Assembly (NCBI GenBank): GCA_965230975.1
Contig: OZ246402.1
Location: 573,009-637,008, forward strand
Source of the DNA: an uncultured Candidatus Saccharibacteria bacterium
Lineage (GTDB): Bacteria; Patescibacteriota; Dojkabacteria; J137
Reading direction: 5' to 3'
DNA: 64,000 bases
Position 1 is the stretch's first letter. Each line of letters begins with the position of its first letter. Below are positions 8,298-18,621 of this stretch, piece after piece. The notes beneath the pieces were generated by a model. It was not told the DNA's origin, searched no databases, and saw only the letters and a program-made list of their open reading frames with translations. Made by a program: the position numbers and the translations under genes.

Positions 8298-10586
8298 ATG
8301 AGTAAAATAAATTTAAAAATAAAAAAACCACAATTTAATATAAAAAATATTAAATTTGAAAAACCAAAGTTCAGCATGCCAAAAATAAGCTTAAAAAATA
8401 TTTGGATAATTCTTTCAAAAGAACTTTATAACTTTTTTACACAACCTATTGGCTATATTATTTCTACTATTTTTGTAATTGCATTCTTAATAATTACTTT
8501 TGGAGTTCAAAAATATTTACAGTATGGTACAAACAACCTATCTCAAATATTTGGCTATACAGCATTTTTACTATCAATTGTAATACCTGCAATTACAATG
8601 AGTAGCATATCTAAAGAGAGACAATCTGGCACATTAGAATATATATTAACCAGGCCAATAAGGGTTGTTGAATATATTTTGGGCAAAATTGCCGGCAACT
8701 CTTTAATAGTGTTTGTATTGTTACTAACTACTATACCTTTCACTTTAATTGCATCTGGTCACACACAATTTGATTTTGGGCAATTAGTTATGCAATATTT
8801 TGGATCTATGGTTTTTTCTGTAGCACTAGTAAGTGTAGGTGTTGCAGTTTCTGCAGGCTTTAAAAATGAAATTGGTGCTTTCTTAACTACAATTATTTTA
8901 TCTGCACTACTTATCTTGCTTGGTTCAGAATTAATTAGATTACCACTTATTTTAGATCCATTTATAAGTAAGTTCAGTTTAATATCTCACTATCAAGTAA
9001 TATCACAAGGCGTTATTGACATTAGAGATGTTATTTACTTTGTAGCCTTTATAATAACTTTTGTATTTATTGGATTTTATTTAGTTAAAAAAGATAAATA
9101 CCCACAAGATCATCAAGATCGAATTGGTTTAAGAAATTTAGTAATACTAAGTGTTGTAATAACATTATTAGTAGGTTATTTTGGTCAACAACTTGTTGGC
9201 AGAATAGACTTAACATCTAATAAGCTATATACATTATCTGAAGCCTCAACTCAAACAATTAATAATGTAAAAGATTTGGTTACTATAGATATTTATAAAT
9301 CTTCGGGTTTACCATTAGAATACGAATCAGAAATTAGATCAATCGAGGCCTTATTTTCAGATTATAAAAGCTATTCTGGTGGAAAGTTAGAATTAAATTA
9401 CAAAGATCCATCTACCTCAGATACAGCAAAATCAGATGCACAATCTGCAGGGTTAACTCCAGTAAATTTTACATCACAAAGCAACACATCTGCTCAGGTT
9501 GTAGAGGGTTATTTTGGCGCTGTAGTTAGATATAAAGATGATTCTCAAACAATTAACTTAATTGATGTGAATAATAACGCTTTGGTTTTAAATCCAGAAT
9601 ATGAAGTTACAAAAGCAATTAGAAGATTAACTAATTCAGAGTTAAAGAAAATCGCATTTGTAACTAATAATGTTGGGGCATCTAGATCATCTAACTTTAC
9701 AGGCTGGGATTCAGAATTGTCTTCATTATTTAATGTTGTAGATTTAGAGATTAAAGCCGAAGAAGATATCCCAACAGATGTGGCTGCATTGATTATTGCA
9801 GCTCCAAATGCAAAATTTGATGATGCAATTTTAAATAAGCTTAAGACCTACTACAGTAATGGAGGTTCAATTTTCTTGTTAACTAATAGCTTAAATGTAA
9901 CAGATTTAGCACAAGCTCCAACTGTTAACGAAGGTAGCCTGACAGAGCTTTTTGCAGATTATGGAATAGGAATTAATAGCGAGATTGTTTATGATTTAGA
10001 AAGCTACAATACTGTAAATATTCAAGGTTATTTATTCCCAATTGCTTATCCATTTTGGATTACTGCAGAAACAACAGATGTTGACTTGGCTCCAGTAAAA
10101 GGTGTAAATCAATTATCTTTGCTTTGGACAAATTCAATTAGTTTAGAATCAAAAGAGGGAAGCCAATATTGGGAGCTTGCAAAAACAACAAACTCATCAA
10201 ATGGTGAAGGTGCAGATAAAGTTTCTTTATCTTTAGATAGAGAATACACATTTCAAGAATCAGATAAATCTAGATTAATCGCGCTTGCAACTGAAAATAG
10301 TAAACAAGGTAGGGCTGTAATTGTTGCGGATTGGAAGTTTTTAAGTGATACAAATAGTTTGGTAAGCAGGTTAGATAATTTAACATTTGGAATTTCTTCG
10401 GTTGAATGGCTTACTAAAGAAGATGGCTTATCTAGTATTAAAGCTAAAGATAGAGCACCGTTAAGAGTAATTTTAACAGAATCAGAAGGATTAACCTTAG
10501 TTGCTTTAAGCTTTGTAATACCGGCAATCGGATTAATAGTAGTAGCATCTTCACAATACTACCTAAGAAAACGATTAGACGCTTAA
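8298..10586 (+). CDS. ABC-2 type permease fused to a large GldG-like extracytoplasmic auxiliary domain, with a C-terminal TM anchor
   Basis: N-terminal polytopic region, about 450-aa hydrophilic middle, C-terminal hydrophobic segment LTLVALSFVIPAIGLIVVA; 6 nt after the ATPase gene. Confidence 0.6.
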   Translation: MSKINLKIKKPQFNIKNIKFEKPKFSMPKISLKNIWIILSKELYNFFTQPIGYIISTIFVIAFLIITFGVQKYLQYGTNNLSQIFGYTAFLLSIVIPAITMSSISKERQSGTLEYILTRPIRVVEYILGKIAGNSLIVFVLLLTTIPFTLIASGHTQFDFGQLVMQYFGSMVFSVALVSVGVAVSAGFKNEIGAFLTTIILSALLILLGSELIRLPLILDPFISKFSLISHYQVISQGVIDIRDVIYFVAFIITFVFIGFYLVKKDKYPQDHQDRIGLRNLVILSVVITLLVGYFGQQLVGRIDLTSNKLYTLSEASTQTINNVKDLVTIDIYKSSGLPLEYESEIRSIEALFSDYKSYSGGKLELNYKDPSTSDTAKSDAQSAGLTPVNFTSQSNTSAQVVEGYFGAVVRYKDDSQTINLIDVNNNALVLNPEYEVTKAIRRLTNSELKKIAFVTNNVGASRSSNFTGWDSELSSLFNVVDLEIKAEEDIPTDVAALIIAAPNAKFDDAILNKLKTYYSNGGSIFLLTNSLNVTDLAQAPTVNEGSLTELFADYGIGINSEIVYDLESYNTVNIQGYLFPIAYPFWITAETTDVDLAPVKGVNQLSLLWTNSISLESKEGSQYWELAKTTNSSNGEGADKVSLSLDREYTFQESDKSRLIALATENSKQGRAVIVADWKFLSDTNSLVSRLDNLTFGISSVEWLTKEDGLSSIKAKDRAPLRVILTESEGLTLVALSFVIPAIGLIVVASSQYYLRKRLDA

Positions 10587-10611
10587 ATCGTTTCGATACT
10601 ACAACAATAAA

Positions 10612-10642
10612 ACGGGGGATTGGTTTGAAAACCAATCCCCCG
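10612..10642. terminator. Bidirectional hairpin between convergent genes (acgggggattggttt / aaaccaatcccccgt)
   Basis: 14-bp perfect inverted repeat with a short loop; T-rich tract on the minus-strand side. Confidence 0.6.
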
Positions 10643-10719
10643 TACAATCCTAACCCATTTGCCAATACTTAAAAAAGCTCTAGTGCATTATGGTAATTGT
10701 GTAATTTAAACTAATAACA

Positions 10720-11676
10720 CTAGTTTATTCCAAATATTATTGCTACCTCGGTGATTAATAATGCGATATAAAGTCCAGTTAGCATAAAACCTTCGGTTCG
10801 ACTAACTTTTTTACCAGTCCAAGTGGCAACTCCAAACATTATTAAGGTTAATAATAAAATTACAGTGGATGGAATTATTGCTATAAAGCTATCAATTTTA
10901 ACGCCACCCGCCATTATTGCCAGTAATCCTAAAATGCCTGGGTTTACGCATGCGCTTCCAAAAAAATTACCTAAAGCAAGCGCTTCGTTATCTCTATTCT
11001 TTTTTGAAATTGCTAAAATTGTAAGCTCGGGTAAGTTTGTCCCAATTGCTAAAACTAAAACTCCAATAACCGCAGGAGAAATAGAAAGTATTAGTGCCAG
11101 ACTTTCTGCTAGCTTAACAGTCATTGAAGATGAAATTAGAAGCAAAACAATACCAATACTTGCTTTCCCAATAAGTCTAGATAGCTTTTTAATATTAATA
11201 TTTGCATGTTTTTTTAAAGCTACCTGATTAAATTTTCTATTAAGATAAGCAATAAAAATAAAATAACCACCTAATAAAGCAATCCCTTCGGTTATTGAAA
11301 TATACTTATCTAAAATCGAAATTACCATAAAAGTAATGAGTCCAACTCCCATTAAAACCTCTTTCTCTTGAAATCTATTTTTAAATTCTAATTTGCCGTA
11401 CTTAACTGCAGATAAACCAATAACTAAAGTTAAAAGTACTGTTGTAGCACCAATTAAATTCCCAACAGAAAGTTCCGGTAATTCCTGGCTAGAGAGTACA
11501 GATATAGATATCTCGGGTAAAGATGTAATAATGCTTAAAACTACAAACCCAGTAAAAAATTCGCTTACATGAAGTTTCCTAGAAAGAAAAACAAAAGAGC
11601 CTTCTACAAGCTCTGCGGATTTAACTAAAATTAACAAAAAAAATAATAACGCACCAACTATACCTAATACTTCCAT
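10720..11676 (-). CDS. Ca2+/cation antiporter (CaCA family, YrbG-like sodium/calcium exchanger membrane protein)
   Basis: Two alpha-repeat motifs, GNLIGAT and GNFFGSAC, in a polytopic membrane protein of 318 aa. Confidence 0.7.
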   Translation of the reverse strand: MEVLGIVGALLFFLLILVKSAELVEGSFVFLSRKLHVSEFFTGFVVLSIITSLPEISISVLSSQELPELSVGNLIGATTVLLTLVIGLSAVKYGKLEFKNRFQEKEVLMGVGLITFMVISILDKYISITEGIALLGGYFIFIAYLNRKFNQVALKKHANINIKKLSRLIGKASIGIVLLLISSSMTVKLAESLALILSISPAVIGVLVLAIGTNLPELTILAISKKNRDNEALALGNFFGSACVNPGILGLLAIMAGGVKIDSFIAIIPSTVILLLTLIMFGVATWTGKKVSRTEGFMLTGLYIALLITEVAIIFGIN

Positions 11677-13581
11677 TTGTTTTTATATAATTATCTTCGC
11701 TATTCTAGTATACTGTGCATATTAAGTAAATTTATTTTTATGGATCAATATTCTAATATTCAAGAGATTTCCAAAACATTAAGATACTGGATTTTAAAAT
11801 CAACAACACAAGCCCAAAGTGGTCACCCAACATCGTCAATGTCTGCAGTAGAGCTTATGGCAACTTTAATGTTTGCTGGGTTCTTTAAATTTAACATTTC
11901 TGATCCAAAAAATATTTATAATGATTCTCTAGTTTTTTCAAAAGGACATGCATCTCCTTTGTTTTATTCATTGTGGGCTGCGGCAAGGGGCTTGGATTAT
12001 GAAGAATTAATGAGTTTACGAAAATTAAACTCCAGATTAGAAGGTCACCCAACAAAAAAATTCCCATTTACAATCGCTCCAACAGGATCTTTAGGGCAAG
12101 GGTTATCTGTTGGCGTTGGAATAGCTTTAAGCAAAAAATATTTAGATAAAGTTGATTCAAAATCATTTGTATTACTTGGAGATGGAGAGTTAGAGGAGGG
12201 GCAAGTTTGGGAAGCAGCACAAATAGCCTCTAAATATAAACTAAGTAATTTAATTGCTATTGTAGATGTAAATAGGCTAGAGCAAGCTGGAGAAACCTTA
12301 CATGAGTGGGACATTAAATCTATATCAAATAAATTTGAAGCATTTGGTTGGAAAACTTTAATAATTGAAGATGGGCATAATCTTCAATCTATTGCTTTGG
12401 CTTATGAAGAAGCCTTTAAGTCTATATATTTGCCTGTAGTTATAATTGCTAAAACTGTTAAAGGTAAGGGTTACCCTGCTTGGGAAAATGAACTTAACTA
12501 TCACTCTAAAGTTTTAAAAGAAGCAGATTTAGTGCAAGCGTTAGATAAGCTTGGTCAGGTTAATGTTAGTTTTACACTTCCGTTAACTAAGCCAGAAGTT
12601 TTTGCAAAGCTACCTGAAATAGCTTTAAAAACTACTTTGCCAGAATCTTTATCTTTTGATGAAACTCAAAATCTTGCAACTAAAGCTGTTTATGGAAAGG
12701 TATTAAATTACTTAAAACAAAGTAATAAAAATATAGTTGCCCTAGATGCAGGTGTGAAAAACTCTACAATGGCCCAAGATTATAGTGATAAAAATCAAGA
12801 TAGTTTCTTTGAAATGTTTATAGCAGAGCAGAATATGGTTAGTGTTGCGGTTGGACTAGCAACAACTGGTAAAGTTCCTTTTGTTTCTACATTTGCAACT
12901 TTCTTTACAAGGGCATTTGATCAAATCAGAATGGCATCTCAATCTAATGAAAATATTAAGCTTGTTGGTTCGTATTGTGGTGTTTCTATTGGAATGGACG
13001 GGCAGTCTCAAATGGGTTTAGAAGATATTGCTATGATTAGAGCCTTAAATCACTCTGTTGTTTTATATCCATCAGATATTTACTCAATGAAAGCAATGAT
13101 GGAGCTAGCTTTGGCCTATAAAGGTTTGGTATATATAAGAGCCACTAGAGAACCATCTAAATCTATTTATAATATTAATGAGAAATTTACTGTTGGAGGG
13201 TTTAAAACTTTTGAAAATGATTCAAATTCTAGTGTTGTTGCAACTGTTATTTCTGCAGGTATCACCTTACAAGAAGCATTAATCGCTCAAGAGCAATTAG
13301 AGAATCAAGGTACAAATATTCAAGTAATTGACTTATATTCAATAAAACCAATAGATTTTGAAAAATTAAAACAAGCTATAAAAAGTAATAATATAGTTAT
13401 TGTAGAAGATCACTTTCCACAAGGTGGTATTGGAGAAGCAGTAATGAGTGGGTTAATAAATTCTAACTACAAATTTAAACATTTAGCTGTAAAAAAACAG
13501 CCTATGAGTGGTTTACCTGCCGAATTACTAAAGCATGAAGAGTTAGATTCACAAGCTATTATTAAAGCTTGTAGTAATTAA
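11677..13581 (+). CDS. tkt: transketolase (N- and C-terminal halves in one polypeptide); the probable true start is the ATG at 11740
   Basis: SGHPTSSMSAVELMATL, ThDP-binding GDGELEEGQVWEA, C-terminal pyrimidine-binding and transketolase C domains. The track start at 11677 abuts the divergent gene. Confidence 0.8.
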   Translation: MFLYNYLRYSSILCILSKFIFMDQYSNIQEISKTLRYWILKSTTQAQSGHPTSSMSAVELMATLMFAGFFKFNISDPKNIYNDSLVFSKGHASPLFYSLWAAARGLDYEELMSLRKLNSRLEGHPTKKFPFTIAPTGSLGQGLSVGVGIALSKKYLDKVDSKSFVLLGDGELEEGQVWEAAQIASKYKLSNLIAIVDVNRLEQAGETLHEWDIKSISNKFEAFGWKTLIIEDGHNLQSIALAYEEAFKSIYLPVVIIAKTVKGKGYPAWENELNYHSKVLKEADLVQALDKLGQVNVSFTLPLTKPEVFAKLPEIALKTTLPESLSFDETQNLATKAVYGKVLNYLKQSNKNIVALDAGVKNSTMAQDYSDKNQDSFFEMFIAEQNMVSVAVGLATTGKVPFVSTFATFFTRAFDQIRMASQSNENIKLVGSYCGVSIGMDGQSQMGLEDIAMIRALNHSVVLYPSDIYSMKAMMELALAYKGLVYIRATREPSKSIYNINEKFTVGGFKTFENDSNSSVVATVISAGITLQEALIAQEQLENQGTNIQVIDLYSIKPIDFEKLKQAIKSNNIVIVEDHFPQGGIGEAVMSGLINSNYKFKHLAVKKQPMSGLPAELLKHEELDSQAIIKACSN

Positions 13582-14879
13582 AAGCTAATATCTTTTACAT
13601 TTTTGAACTCTTTGTTAGAAACAATGCTTTGAAATCCAATCCTTTTGGCTTCTTTAATTCTTTTATCTTCAAAGTATACTTTTCTAATTTCTCCGGTTAG
13701 CCCAACTTCTCCAAAATAAACTTTATTACTACTTACGTTTTTATCTTTAATTGAAGATATTACAGCTGTAATTACTGCCAAATCTAGCCCAGGGTCAGTA
13801 ATTTTTATACCACCAGTAATATTCACATAAACATCGAAATCCCAGGTTGGAATTTTTAGCTTCTTATCTATAATCGCCAAAAGTATATAAAGTCTATTTA
13901 AATCAAACCCAGAGGTTGTTCTTCTGGGATTTGGAAAATATGTTTTAGTAGCTAATGCTTGCACTTCTACTGCAACTGGACGGCTACCTTCCATAACCAA
14001 TGAAAAAACTGATCCAGGTTCATCATTTTTACTTTCACTTAACAACTCTTTCGTATCACTTACTTCTGTTAATCCATTGTTGCCCATTCTAAAAATCCCA
14101 ACCTCATCTGATGGGCCAAATCTATTCTTTTCTATTCTTAAAACCCTAAACTCATAACGCTTTTCGCCCTCAAAGTAAATTACCGTATCAACCATATGTT
14201 CTACAATTTTAGGGCCTGCTATGTCCCCACTTTTCGTAACATGTCCAATCATTAAAGTGGTTATATTTAAACCTTTAGATAGGCTTGTAATTCTATTTGT
14301 AGCCTCTGCAACTTGAGAAACGGAACCGCTTGAAGATGCAATTTGCGGGTTTATTAATGTTTGAATTGAGTCTGCAACTATAAAGTCAATATCTTTAGCG
14401 TGAGAAGATATGTATCTCTCTAAATTGTCTACATTTACCTCTGGTAAAAATAAGACGTTACTAAGCTTTAGTTTTAGTCTATCTGCACGTTCTTTAATTT
14501 GATGCGGAGATTCTTCTCCGGCAATATATATAATTTTTAAACCTTGATTAGATAAAGTTTCTATTATTTGTAAAGTTAAGGTACTTTTACCAATACCAGG
14601 CTCTCCAGAAAATAGTATTACCTGTCCTTGAACCATTCTTCCACCAATTGCATTATCAAATTCGCTTATACCTGTTTTTATTTGAGATAATTTTGTTTCC
14701 TTTTCAAGTTCAGAAAGTTTTACAGGGGACACAGTAGAATTTGTTAGCTTACTTTTTTTTGTAGCTTTTTTATCTTCTACTCTACCTTCTAGTTCTATAA
14801 TTGTATTCCACAAGCCACAACTATCACATTGACCTTGCCATTTGTTGTATTCTTTTTGGCAGTTTGAACAAATATACAT
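13578..14879 (-). CDS. radA: DNA repair protein RadA (Sms)
   Basis: N-terminal C4 zinc finger CSNCQ...CDSCG, Walker A GEPGIGKSTL, RadA-specific KNRFG motif, Lon-like C-terminal domain. Confidence 0.9.
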   Translation of the reverse strand: MYICSNCQKEYNKWQGQCDSCGLWNTIIELEGRVEDKKATKKSKLTNSTVSPVKLSELEKETKLSQIKTGISEFDNAIGGRMVQGQVILFSGEPGIGKSTLTLQIIETLSNQGLKIIYIAGEESPHQIKERADRLKLKLSNVLFLPEVNVDNLERYISSHAKDIDFIVADSIQTLINPQIASSSGSVSQVAEATNRITSLSKGLNITTLMIGHVTKSGDIAGPKIVEHMVDTVIYFEGEKRYEFRVLRIEKNRFGPSDEVGIFRMGNNGLTEVSDTKELLSESKNDEPGSVFSLVMEGSRPVAVEVQALATKTYFPNPRRTTSGFDLNRLYILLAIIDKKLKIPTWDFDVYVNITGGIKITDPGLDLAVITAVISSIKDKNVSSNKVYFGEVGLTGEIRKVYFEDKRIKEAKRIGFQSIVSNKEFKNVKDISF

Positions 14880-14986
14880 ATAATGTTGTTAATTAAATTT
14901 ATTTTACTATGAGTGAACCAAAAATAAACATATTTTCTGCTAATGATGCATAAAAAGAGTCATGGAGTTTTGAAACTATCAAAGTC

Positions 14987-15331
14987 TTGAGACGCGACAT
15001 TTCTAACTATTTAAAATCATTTGAGAGTATTGAATCGCTATCGGTATTACAACTAGAGTTTTTTATCGATTTGCTTAAAAGATTGATATACGTAACAAAT
15101 AAGTATCTTAAGTTTACTTACTCATTAAAAGACCTAAATGATAATTACTCTATACTAATGTCCATGGTAAACACAGATGAAAATTTAGATGATACGTATT
15201 ATAAGCTGGTAAACAAAAGTGAAGGTCTGATAGATATAGGCGAGCTAATGTCTTTAATGATTTTATGTTACGAAATTCTTGAAGAAAGGAAGGAATTGCT
15301 ACATAACAAAAAAATATCAACGGAGGGTTAA
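14987..15331 (+). CDS. hypothetical protein
   Basis: 114-aa ORF. Confidence 0.4.
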   Translation: MRRDISNYLKSFESIESLSVLQLEFFIDLLKRLIYVTNKYLKFTYSLKDLNDNYSILMSMVNTDENLDDTYYKLVNKSEGLIDIGELMSLMILCYEILEERKELLHNKKISTEG

Positions 15332-15625
15332 TCTCTTTTAGCTATAATTTAAGCTTTGGCAACTAATCATTTTGTATAATTGTCAGTATTAAATAGATGT
15401 AAATGTTGATCTTCTATAATCGTAATATATAATGCTAAGTAGGGAGTTTAATTTAAAGTGATATAATTAGTAAATAAGTTTTAGATTTGCTTGTTACAAA
15501 AAGTTTATAATTAGACTATTTAATATTTTGAATTTTTAAGAAGATATAAGCTCTTAATACAATATAATGCAAAATATTAGTTTATTTTTGACTTAATTGA
15601 AAAATAGAGCCATTTTTATATAAAA

Positions 15626-15654
15626 TTGATACGTAACTTATTTGTCACTATAAG
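15626..15654 (+). promoter_or_regulatory. sigma70-like promoter (TTGATA - 17 nt - TATAAG) overlapped by a 7-bp inverted repeat AACTTAT / ATAAGTT
   Basis: Read directly; ends 12 nt upstream of ATG 15666, which is the likelier start of the Mpg gene. Confidence 0.4.
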
Positions 15655-15656
15655 TT

Positions 15657-16238
15657 GTGGACAATATGAGAGATTTAAAAATACTACAACACGATTTTTA
15701 TAGCTCGAAAACTACAGTGGACTTAGCTAAATCGCTATTAGGTAAGTATTTGGTTAGAGAGCTTGAAAATACAGTTTTAATAGGCCAAATAAATGAAGTT
15801 GAAGCATATCTGCAAAATGACCCCGCCAGCCACTCATTTAAAGGTTTAACTAATCGAACTTCACCAATGTTTGAAGAGCCAGGAACTGTGTATGTTTACT
15901 TTACATACGGTAAGCACTGGTGTTTTAACATAGCTGGCAATAATAAAGGTATAGGAGAAGGTGTTTTAATTCGAAGCGTAATACCGTTAGTAGGAATTGA
16001 CACTATGTTGAAAAATAGAGGTGTTGAAAGTATAGAAAACATTTCTAATGGACCAGGTAAAATAACAAAAGCATATCAAATTGATGCTTCATTTAATGGT
16101 CATAAGATTTGGAACCCACCTTTATATATTGCTACTGATGATACGAAAATTGAAGAGAATAGAATTGAGTCAACTTCACGAATTGGAATTACTAAAAATA
16201 AAGATGCAATGTTACGATTTGTTTTGGTTGAAAAATAA
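15657..16238 (+). CDS. mpg: DNA-3-methyladenine glycosylase (Mpg/AAG family); probable start ATG 15666
   Basis: VEAYLQNDPASHSFKG...PGTVYVYFTYGKHWCFN matches the AAG/Mpg family core. Confidence 0.8.
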   Translation: MDNMRDLKILQHDFYSSKTTVDLAKSLLGKYLVRELENTVLIGQINEVEAYLQNDPASHSFKGLTNRTSPMFEEPGTVYVYFTYGKHWCFNIAGNNKGIGEGVLIRSVIPLVGIDTMLKNRGVESIENISNGPGKITKAYQIDASFNGHKIWNPPLYIATDDTKIEENRIESTSRIGITKNKDAMLRFVLVEK

Positions 16239-16262
16239 TTAAATAAGTCATAATATATATTT

Positions 16263-16442
16263 ATGAACTCAGAAGCAACAATGCCAACTATGCCCTCCAT
16301 GCCAAATACAGAAACCAAATTGGATACTAAACCTAAGACTTCGACAAATGCTATTGAATCTTCAATTAATGCAGTTGGCGATTTTGTATTGGATACTTTT
16401 AAAGAAAGTTTATCTAGTCTTGGGAAATTAATTTTCGGCTAG
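16263..16442 (+). CDS. small hypothetical protein (59 aa), just below the ORF-track size cutoff
   Basis: ATG-initiated open frame MNSEATMPTMPSMPNTETKLDTKPK...; its stop lies 1 nt before the next gene start. Confidence 0.3.
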   Translation: MNSEATMPTMPSMPNTETKLDTKPKTSTNAIESSINAVGDFVLDTFKESLSSLGKLIFG

Positions 16443-16443
16443 T

Positions 16444-16848
16444 ATGAATTTAAATTCTCATTACAAATTCGTAGATGATTGTAAAGATAAGTACGATAGT
16501 ATTATTTCACTTCTAGATTTAGAAGGAGATGCTGTTGCACTAAAAAATAACTTTTTTGATAAATTAAATGCTTTAGTTATAGATAAGTTATTAAGTGAAC
16601 TATCAGAAGACTTCCGAAAATCCATTTTGGATTTGCTGAAAACTAATGATTATATACAAATTCAAGAAAAGGTTTTAACTCACTTTACGGAAAAGCAAAT
16701 GGAAGATGCGTATGTTGAGAACTTTAAAATGCTTATAAGGAAAATGTTTGAATCTGCAAATTTTGATTCTATTAGATCTCAAGTTGAATCTATATTAGAA
16801 CTAACCACAGCTCCCGAGACTATTCCACAAGCTGTTACGACTGCATGA
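16444..16848 (+). CDS. hypothetical protein
   Basis: 134-aa ORF. Confidence 0.45.
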   Translation: MNLNSHYKFVDDCKDKYDSIISLLDLEGDAVALKNNFFDKLNALVIDKLLSELSEDFRKSILDLLKTNDYIQIQEKVLTHFTEKQMEDAYVENFKMLIRKMFESANFDSIRSQVESILELTTAPETIPQAVTTA

Positions 16849-17080
16849 TTCTATTAATTTCATCTACTTCTGCTTGTATTCTTCTTTTATAATCTTCTAA
16901 CAAGCTGTCCATTTTATTCTTCAATTCTACGCTATAGTTAGTAACCAAGGTATCTATATTATTTCTTTTAGATCTAACTCTGTCTTTTCTATTGCTATCA
17001 ATAATGCCGTTACTCAAGAAGTTTGTAATAGCTGTATCTACAGGTTGTATTATGGGCGAAAAATCAGGATTCATATTCAA
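16835..17080 (-). CDS. hypothetical protein
   Basis: 81-aa ORF convergent with the previous gene. Confidence 0.35.
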   Translation of the reverse strand: MNMNPDFSPIIQPVDTAITNFLSNGIIDSNRKDRVRSKRNNIDTLVTNYSVELKNKMDSLLEDYKRRIQAEVDEINRIMQS

Positions 17081-17153
17081 TTTATTAACTAATATTGAAT
17101 ATACACCTTAGAGTTCACTAAATAACCAAATAGGTGTTAAGAAAGTGTAAATA

Positions 17154-17504
17154 CTATTTTGACAATGTTCGTCTGCTCACAAAAAGTAAATCAACAAAAT
17201 CATAAAGAGAGCCTACTGACTCGATATGTTGATCTACAATATACTTATCTAATAAGTTAAATTGAGCTTCGCCTACTCGTGTTCTTGCAGTATATAGAAT
17301 ATTGCTAATAGTAGAATCAGGAGTCACTAGGTATTGGTTTTCATGGAAGATTACATTATCCATAATTATTCTTAACGCTGTCAAAGCGCCTTCTTCTAAA
17401 TCGTTTATACTTTGGTCTATTGTAATTCCAAAGTGTTGTGCTAAAAGTACATGAACAAGTTGAGGTTCTGTAATTAAATTTAATGTAACATCTTTCCAAC
17501 TCAT
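17154..17504 (-). CDS. hypothetical protein
   Basis: 116-aa ORF. Confidence 0.45.
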   Translation of the reverse strand: MSWKDVTLNLITEPQLVHVLLAQHFGITIDQSINDLEEGALTALRIIMDNVIFHENQYLVTPDSTISNILYTARTRVGEAQFNLLDKYIVDQHIESVGSLYDFVDLLFVSRRTLSK

Positions 17505-17580
17505 ATTATTTATTTAACTGCCAAGATTATAACAAATTTGTACTTAATTGATATATTTGTAAATATTCCTAAATAGTATA

Positions 17581-18570
17581 CTAGCCAGATGTAATAATCT
17601 CATCTTCTATTTCGTCTATCTGATAAGCATCGTAACCCTTTTTTCTTAACCAGCTTGTATAAGTTTTCGTAAAACCATGAGTTGTAAAAATTGTTTGCGC
17701 CCCACATTCTTTAACAGCGTAATTAAGCCCATTCCAGTCGGCATGGTCTGAAAGAACAAACTTTTTATCTATATTTTTTGGATTAAATAATTTCATCCAC
17801 CCAGATGCCTCTGCCAAAGAATATTTTGATCTGTCAATAATATTTGCAGAAACAAAATTATGAGGTGCTAATAATAAATCTCCGGGCTTAACTTTTGATG
17901 CTTCAAACAAAGAATAACTTGGAAGTTTTACACCACTTGATTCTATTGCCTGATTCATTTCAAAGACAGATTTATATGTAAATATTCTGCCGTCAATTTG
18001 TAAGTTCTTTAAAATTCTTTGAGCTTTACCAAGAGAGTAGCAAAGAACTACACTAAAAAGCCCCAGTGATTGATTAAACTTTATCCAGTTGGACATATCT
18101 TTAAAAATATCTGCTTGTGAATCCCATCTATAAATTGGTTGAGCAAAGGTAGTTTCTGTAACAAAATTGTCGCATTTAATTGGTACGAAAGATTGAGAAA
18201 TATTGTCGTTTTCAATTTTATAATCACCTGTAATTACCCAGCTCTCGTGCTTAGTTTGAAGCTTAATTTGAGCAGAACCAACAACATGCCCCGATGGGAA
18301 AAACGTAACTTTTACACCATTAATATTTAAAACCTCACCGTACTCAACACCCATTACATTAGTTTTTTTACCTAATCTGGTTTTTAAGATTGGAATATTT
18401 TTATAGTGCGAAAGATATTGTGTATGGCCACTTATAGCATGATCTGAATGTGCGTGGGTAATTAAAGCTTTTTTTACCTTTCGCTTAGGGTCTATGTAAA
18501 AATCACCTTGAGGGCAATAAAAACCTTTATTTGTAAATTGTATTAGCGAATTTTTTTTCATGCTTTCCAA
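17581..18570 (-). CDS. MBL-fold metallo-hydrolase, likely a nucleic-acid-processing exonuclease (COG1236 / ligase-associated exonuclease-like)
   Basis: HAHSDHA zinc-binding motif near the N-terminus; 329 aa; sits in a repair-gene neighbourhood. Confidence 0.55.
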   Translation of the reverse strand: MESMKKNSLIQFTNKGFYCPQGDFYIDPKRKVKKALITHAHSDHAISGHTQYLSHYKNIPILKTRLGKKTNVMGVEYGEVLNINGVKVTFFPSGHVVGSAQIKLQTKHESWVITGDYKIENDNISQSFVPIKCDNFVTETTFAQPIYRWDSQADIFKDMSNWIKFNQSLGLFSVVLCYSLGKAQRILKNLQIDGRIFTYKSVFEMNQAIESSGVKLPSYSLFEASKVKPGDLLLAPHNFVSANIIDRSKYSLAEASGWMKLFNPKNIDKKFVLSDHADWNGLNYAVKECGAQTIFTTHGFTKTYTSWLRKKGYDAYQIDEIEDEIITSG

Positions 18571-18621
18571 TAATTATTTGGTAAGCTATATTATCACTAG
18601 TATACTTATTTACTGCTAAAT

